From Catajapyx aquilonaris (lineage: Eukaryota): a stretch of 30,499 bases of DNA. The notes below the pieces were generated by a model. The model saw nothing but the letters and a program-made list of their open reading frames with translations, ran no database searches and was not told the origin of the DNA. Numbering within the stretch: the stretch's first letter is position 1; the number at the start of each line of letters is the position of its first letter. This document shows positions 24,179 to 30,499 of the stretch, piece by piece. Both the position numbers and the translations under genes were made by a program. Location: assembly GCA_000934665.2 (NCBI GenBank), contig KZ538026.1:124001-154499 (forward strand). The letters are read 5' to 3'.

Positions 24179-24202
24179 CTGCAATCAAGGAGAAAAGGGG
24201 GC
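24179..24202 (-). other. 3' splice site (polypyrimidine tract + CAG) of the intron preceding the complexin start exon
   Basis: Minus strand GCCCCCTTTTCTCCTTGATTGCAG|ACAG. A second AG lies 4 nt downstream at 24176-24175. Confidence 0.8.
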
Positions 24203-26277
24203 TGGTAAATGATGAAATCCCAACCAACGGGATTCCCAAGATTACTCATGGGATTTACCCATAATTGGACGGTATTATGCAATAATGTGTCAACCCACAA
24301 AAAATGCCATGAACCTATACCCGTCATTCAGTTAGAATCAATCTGACGAAATCTGCCATATTTGACCGAGGACACTGATTTAATTTCGCAGGCCCTTTAT
24401 CTCAAAACTGTTCTCATGTGGGTTGACTCATTATTATAACACCGTCCAATTGTACGTCAAAAAAGTTGTGGACAAACGTGTCATGTCTACAACCAACAAA
24501 ATGAGTAACGAGAAAAAAACAATCGTTCGCCGCACTACACAAAAAAGTTAATAGAGTGCAACTGCGACTCCATTTTTCTTTTTCAATTTCCCCGCCCTTT
24601 GTTTTCCTGCATTTGAGGCACCCCGGAGAGCAATTTAAACATTACAGTCATTAGCCATAACTTGGGTCTCCCAATGAAACAATTGGGCCCGCAGCTGAAA
24701 TAAGCCTCCCAAACATGTCTGACGTGCAAGGAGTCACGCACTGCTCCGAAAATGAAGCTTTGATGCCACCAACCTCCCTGCCAGTAATTATTCTCTTCAA
24801 CGAGGGTATGGCCACGCCTGACGCGGATTCGGAGTAAATAATGTAACACGTTGCGTATAACGATTAATTTGGGGGCAACACCGTTGCCAAATTGAATTCA
24901 GAAAGTGGCACGGAGACTGGTTCAGAATCGGAGGCCTGATTATTAGTTGATCCCATGTCATGAACAAAACCGTCACTTCCTTGTTAACTCTGAGCTAAAA
25001 TGCTGATTTGTACTGAGCCTGCAGTTCACTCCATATTTTCATCCTGAACTTGACGCAACCCAAGCGCCTCTCTTGTTCAACCCGAAGTCTACATTACAGG
25101 GGGCTTATTTCCACCACATTCAAAAAAGCATTTTCCTCCATTTTTATCATGTGTTAAGAGAGAGAGAGTCGGGGACATCTGAAGGAGAGAGAGAGTCTTT
25201 GCGGATATTACGGAGGTTAGCAGCGAGTCTAAGGGGTATGATTTAGTGTGGAGCAGGCCTGCGGGGTTATTGCAGTCAGTTGTGCTTCATTGGCGGCAGT
25301 AAAATGTCGAGGGTGCTTTAAGGCACGATGGGAAATAGGGGTTGGAAGGAGAGGGGGAGGGGGGATGCATTTTCCAGAGTGCTCTTTCCTGTACGTGCAG
25401 TCCTCCTGAATGGAACTCCGGATTGCCTGGCTTGAAAGGAACCGTATAAAGAAGGCCTCATCATCAAGCAAGCTCAATCTGTCCGGATAATAAGCCGTGT
25501 AAACCAGTCGTTGCTAGTGTCTAAACAGTGAGCTATTTTTTTCATCACTTACATTGCTAGTGTGCAATGAGCCAATTAGTTGGTCACTCAAGTGTCAGAT
25601 AGGTACACACTAAAAGTCAAACCCTCCTGCAACTGTTTGCAGTATTAATTATGTACAATGCAATGAGCGACTCGAGGGGATCGCTTTTTTTTACTGACAT
25701 GAAATGCATCCGGTGTACGTTAAAATGGCGGATAAATATTTCAGAGAGTTTAAATCGCGAAGAAAAAAGAGCGTTTGAATCCTCTTTTGGCATGAAGTTA
25801 TACCCTGCCTGAAATGATGTAGAAGAGAGTGGTCAGAGGTCGGCTTACCGTTCTCAGTTGCATTAGTTAGAGAATATTCCCCGGGTTTTGGACGGTTTTC
25901 CCCACGATTTCCATCTCATGGACTTATTTCATAATTAATTATGCCCGGGGTTGGAGAGCAGGGCTTCCTCGGTCCTCCTCCAGGGAGAGGAAAACAACAA
26001 GTCCGAGAGGACCGGATGCGAATTTCAAAGCGGGGGGCCTGTTCGGATGGTATGGTAGTATCCCCGCTGTCGAAACAAAGCCCGTCTACTTAATCAGCAA
26101 GAAACTTTGGGACCTCACCTCAACCCAGATTCAGCTAAAGCCCCAGGCTAACTATAACAGACACAAAACTGGCATAAGAAAGAGTTGAATTAACTGAAAG
26201 CAACACATAATCTCTGAATCTTATCATATTTATCCTAATATGCTTATTCTCTCCGTCGGATGTTTGTCCGGCCTGAT

Positions 26278-26305
26278 AGTATCGCTATCTCTCGCAGGGT
26301 GGCAG
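26278..26305 (+). promoter_or_regulatory. Weaker CTCF-like motif facing the 26322 site
   Basis: AGTATC-N8-TCGCAGGGTGGCAG. The 3' end GGTGGCAG fits the CTCF core, the 5' half is degenerate, and it keeps the same 28-nt frame. Confidence 0.3.
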
Positions 26306-26321
26306 TGTGCAGAGTGAGTGA

Positions 26322-26349
26322 GCGCCATCTATGCGTAAAGAATAGAACT
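26322..26349 (-). promoter_or_regulatory. CTCF-like insulator motif (core + upstream module)
   Basis: Plus strand GCGCCATCTATGCG-N8-AGAACT(GC). The first 12 nt are identical to the site at 2030, with the same spacing to the terminal ACT. Confidence 0.55.
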
Positions 26350-29300
26350 GCGTGGTAAATCTGCGGGCTATTTCAGTACTGATTTTAAACAGGTTCATTA
26401 GTTAACTTTAATGTGCAGCTTAGCGAGATTCCAGGATTGGTTCTGTTCTACTCAACCGCCTCATTTTCCCTTCAAAAAAAAACGGCCTGAAGGATTCAAG
26501 TCGTAAAGTGCTCTTGCTTCCGATTTTCTTCCCCCTTTTATCCGACTTTGAAAGTGGAAGCCATATTCCGTATCTTTTTTTCTCTTCCAGTTGGTGATGA
26601 CCAAGGAGAGAAAGATAGAGAGACAGAAAAAAAGAGATCGACGCTCCCGGAACTAATTGGCAGCTCTACCTTCAGAAAATGACAGAGGAAGCCCTTTGAT
26701 GGGCAGGGCGGGGCTCTTTTTTTTCCCCCTGGATGGAATGGATTCTCTCCATTCCATCCCAGAAGCGGAGGAAGAACTGACTGCAAAAATCTACGATAAA
26801 AGAGGATGATTCTGCTCTTTTCTGGCTGGAAATGAACTCTGGGTGGTGCTGCATTGCGCTATTTCCAACATTTAACAGGTTGTTTAACTTAAACGGGCGG
26901 TTATGTTCGTAATCAACAGATTATAATCACACCGACTTGCTTGGTGGGAAGGTTTGGGATTCTTAATTAGTACAAATAGATAGACTCGATAGGTTTGAAT
27001 TGATTTGGGCCGTCAATCACTCGGGTTTAAGGCGCGGTTCTAGGCTTTATAAGGAACGAGTTGTGTAATCGGGGAAGGCATTTTGATTTTGTGATCCTTT
27101 GGGGCGTTTCCGACGACTTTTACTGCACGTTTGGGGGAAGGGAGTAATGCTGGGTGTTAAAATGTAGGGGCTAATTAGATAAGCACTATAAATGTTGATC
27201 AGATTCTTACATTGTGTCCTAACCAGTTACGGTGTCGTTTAAAAGACGTCGGTGTCGCTTTTGTGAGAGACAAACTAATGGCCTTATTTGCGCTAATCAA
27301 GAGGGGCATTCTTCTCTAATTTATGTTCACACAAACCTGCTAGTGTATGTCACTTAAACATTACGATTAGCCCATTTTTTTCGGCAAACTTTTGTCAGCT
27401 CAGTTTGGGCCACATCTGATGATGAACGATATGACGTCATGCACATTCTTCATAAATCTGCTGAATCTGCGGCTTAATTACTGTTTATTAACTCGGCCGA
27501 CAAACTTTTGAAAATTAATTATTGGATATCGCATGAGGCAGGTTCGTTGCCTCTTGAAGGATCTTATACTTTCCTAACTTCCTAATTGCTGATGAATTTT
27601 TTATTTTGCAGGAAAACGGGAGAATCCCGAGAAAATCTTCGCGTTTACAGAGAGAGAGAAAAAAAATTGAAAATGTTGCTTCACTTGACTTGCGTCGTCG
27701 GTCACGTCAGTTAATCTGTACAAAAAGAAGGTGGAATTTGACTCAGATTAGACGCCTATTAAGTTATACAACCTCTCTGAGCAGTAAAAGTAGGTGTGTC
27801 TATATGTCTTCGTGTGGCTTAATTTCTGCGCAAGCCGAGATTACAAACATGCAGTTTCTGTACCTCAAAGAGACTGTACGGCACGTGCTGGTTTTCACGC
27901 GGAGAGAGCTCCAAAAACGTAATTCCACCAAGAAAAAAAGTGGGTCCTCTCCAACTCTTTTGTTGGTCTAACATTCTCACAAAAAAAAAAGTTTGGTGGA
28001 GGGCTTTCTATTGTGGCCAGTAGTGTTTCTGCTTTGCTAATGGCGTCGGTCTCCTTTGTCATGTTGGGCCAGAAAGAAAAATATATTACAGTCTCTATCC
28101 TGAAAAGCAAACACAAAGCGACCTTACTTGGGGCATAATATTGGGACCTCTCTCCTCCTTCATATTCCCAGATATTATTTGGTCATTTACATAGCTTTTA
28201 CTGCTCATGGGAGGTCCCACCTCCATATAGCTTCCCCCACCATTGTGTTGTGGACCCCCGTTTTCCAACATTGGACCCATCAAGCCCCGGTTTATGGTTT
28301 CTCCCTTAGGGATATCTCACCTGTAAACAAGATGGCGGAGGAAAATTGGTTTAAAGGCAAAATAGTGGTCGTTAATTTTTTTAAGAGGCAAAAAAATCGT
28401 AAATGAGTCTTGTCTTTTAATTTGCAGCAATATTTTAATGCCAACAGCAGGTCCAGAAGCCATTTAAAAAAAAATTATAAACTTGATAAAGAGACTGAAT
28501 CGGAGACGAAGGAACGGGTATTGTCACCCGAAACCCGCAGCTTTGAAATCTCCACGAAACCGCCAGATATGGTAATATAATTTTCCACGAGCACCCTTGA
28601 AATTATCGGGAAGCGAGTTTCGGCTTGAATGGAGGCAATGCGACGTAGGATATAGCATTTTGGTGGGGGGCTTGAAGGAGGAAGTAAAACGATGGGGGAG
28701 AATGTGTGTCGGATTTATCTGGCCTCGCTTCGATTAAAACTTGGTTATTCAAAGACCGCAAATGCAAAACCGCGTGAAGGATAATGTACTTGGAACCAAC
28801 TTATTAAGTGAGCTGATTTTTTAAAAAACGCCCCCGACCTGAATGTTCAAGCACCTCTAAAGCCTCTTAATACACTACACTTCAGCTATTTAGTTGTCCG
28901 AAAAAAAATATTCGACACCGCTTAAATTTTTACCAAATTATTACTTCAGTAGGAACCGGCTGTGTATTAAATCGAGTAGTTCGGTAAGCTTTGGACCAAC
29001 AAGAGCACTTCTTGTCTCTGTGTGTGTTTTTTTTGCGGTCTCCTCGATGGAACAGACCACCGTAATAATCGCATCGAACTGAAGAGGGTTTTTCGAGTGT
29101 TTCGCGGCTCCTACTCGGGCCTCCCAAAATATATATATCAGCAGCCCTGTACCGTATTATATATAGAGTTTGCAGCAGAGTCAAGGAGACCCCCGGGTGA
29201 ACGGATGCGTGACTTTGGCCTGGGGATTCCCCGGTTTCCATTATTTCCTTTCCGGCAAACACACGGGGCAGATATAGCGGCAATAAAACTTCATCACCGG

Positions 29301-30330
29301 ATTCCATTGCGGGGTTTGAAACGAGCCACGTGGCACTCAAAAATAAATGAAGAGGTCGCAGGATGGAGAGAGGTAAAAAAAAAACTGGGAGTTAACGGTA
29401 TGTCGTATATGCCCTCCGGATATTAACCTGGCGCGAATGGCATTGCTCCTTCATTTATAATTCACGGATCCAAAATTGAATAGAGAGTAGAAATTAATAC
29501 AACCCTTTCGAAGCTTCAAGAATTTTTTTCCCCCGCATCTTATGTACTACACATGTATTAATTACATTCAATTATTCAGTTGATCGTTCCAAAAGCGACT
29601 TTCAATTATTTTACATAATTTATTTGACAACTACAGTAAATCTGTCGTTTCCGCAATAAAAGTGCAGTACTACTAAAATATTCAGTTGTGCGCACATCAT
29701 TTTGAGTTCAAAGCTGAAATTGCATTAAGCAGTTTGTTTCAATACATACTCTAATCGCTGTACATTTATTTAAAAAAAAAACATTTAGTGCGTATGATTG
29801 TAGCTATAGCCCTAAATGCTGAAAATTTAATAACAGGACTCCCTAGCGGCCCGGTATAATATTTTGGATTTCGTAAAGTTAATAATCGCTCCGAATGCGC
29901 GGTTCGGATTGTTAAATTTCCATTATGGATTAATTTTCCGCGCAAATTGGTTCCAGTAAGCAAGCGTTTGTTCAATGTTAATACAGTATAAAGCGGGCAT
30001 ATTGCGCTACTAATATCCTATCACATCTAAAGTCTGCTGTAGCATAACATTGTTGTTAAATATTTTAACACCTGACCAGGATAGTAAATTGATGCCAGCA
30101 GTTTCCCATCCGAAGGGGAAGCTAATTATTTTAGTAATTAGGTTGCACTGGAGTTTACGACGTGTAGGAATTACGGAGGGGGGGAAGCTTAGAAGTGATA
30201 AATAAGCTGCCTCTTCCAAGATAAAGTTGCAACCTTATTATTAGGTACACAATTCCATGATGATGTTTACCAGGATCATCATTAATATGACAACATTGGG
30301 TAAGCTTGATGGTGTAGCAAATGAGCAAAG

Positions 30331-30419
30331 TTACGTCATTTTACAATAAGACTAGTTCCTCCTCATATCCACCAGAGGCGCTGCCTTTCCCATTGCGCAG
30401 GCGCAGAATGGGGGCCAAT
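30331..30419. promoter_or_regulatory. Promoter-like motif cluster
   Basis: TTACGTCA (30331-30338, ATF/CREB-like), the CTCF-like site, TGCGCAGGCGCA (30394-30405, NRF1/Ewg-like) and CCAAT (30415-30419) all fall within 90 bp. Confidence 0.35.
30354..30381 (+). promoter_or_regulatory. CTCF-like motif variant
   Basis: AGTTCC-N8-TCCACCAGAGGCGC. The core CCACCAGAGGCGC is one base short of CCACCAGAGGGCGC, but the AGT-to-GGCGC distance equals that of the other sites. Confidence 0.4.
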
Positions 30420-30460
30420 AGGTCATACAACGAAGGATATTTTTAATATTATGCTCTGAT

Positions 30461-30499
30461 GGTGGCGTAGGCAGGGGGGGGGGCCCGGCCCCCCCCCCC
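30461..30499 (+). repeat. Start of a GTGGCGTAG...poly-G/poly-C interspersed repeat, truncated by the window end
   Basis: GGTGGCGTAGGCAG followed by a G run, CCCGG and a C run. The pattern is self-complementary and resembles termini of common invertebrate non-autonomous elements. Family not assignable. Confidence 0.4.

Noticed and set aside
26591..26682. Plus-strand acceptor TTTTTTCTCTTCCAG followed by (V)GDDQGEKDRETEKKR..., superficially like complexin exon 2
   Set aside because: It is on the wrong strand and upstream of the cpx start exon. The resemblance comes from GA-rich sequence, it hits a stop, and it lacks the RRKEKHRKMEEERE/IRDKY core.
1..30499. Apparent abundance of TAATTA, ATCGAT and TGCATG motifs; also looked for CRISPR arrays, tRNA/rRNA and prokaryotic operons
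   Set aside because: Rough hand counts of the motifs are near or only modestly above what base composition predicts. I saw no regularly spaced repeats, RNA-gene signatures or gene-dense long ORFs.

Overview
This is eukaryotic, most likely arthropod, genomic DNA, with homopolymer runs, microsatellites, decayed MITE-like ends and two single-N assembly joins. None of the tracked ORFs (60-201 aa) looks like a real protein. The one firmly recognisable coding feature is too short for the ORF track: a minus-strand exon at 24063-24178 with a strong acceptor, a strong start context and a GTAAGG donor. It encodes MAAFIAKQMVGNQLSAVK(G), the N-terminus of complexin (cpx), the SNARE-binding regulator of synaptic vesicle fusion. 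I could not find the next complexin exon in 1-24062, so most of the window appears to be one intron of at least 24 kb, and 24179-30499 appears to be upstream intron or regulatory sequence. Non-coding observations include four CTCF-like bipartite motifs sharing a 28-nt frame, two tiny (63 and 69 bp) CAGGGTG-ended inverted-repeat elements, a promoter-like motif cluster near 30.3-30.4 kb, a TGACG/CRE cluster, and low-confidence candidate cryptic exons. I see no prokaryotic-type system (CRISPR, operon, defence island), and I cannot support a claim of a wholly new biological system from this sequence alone.
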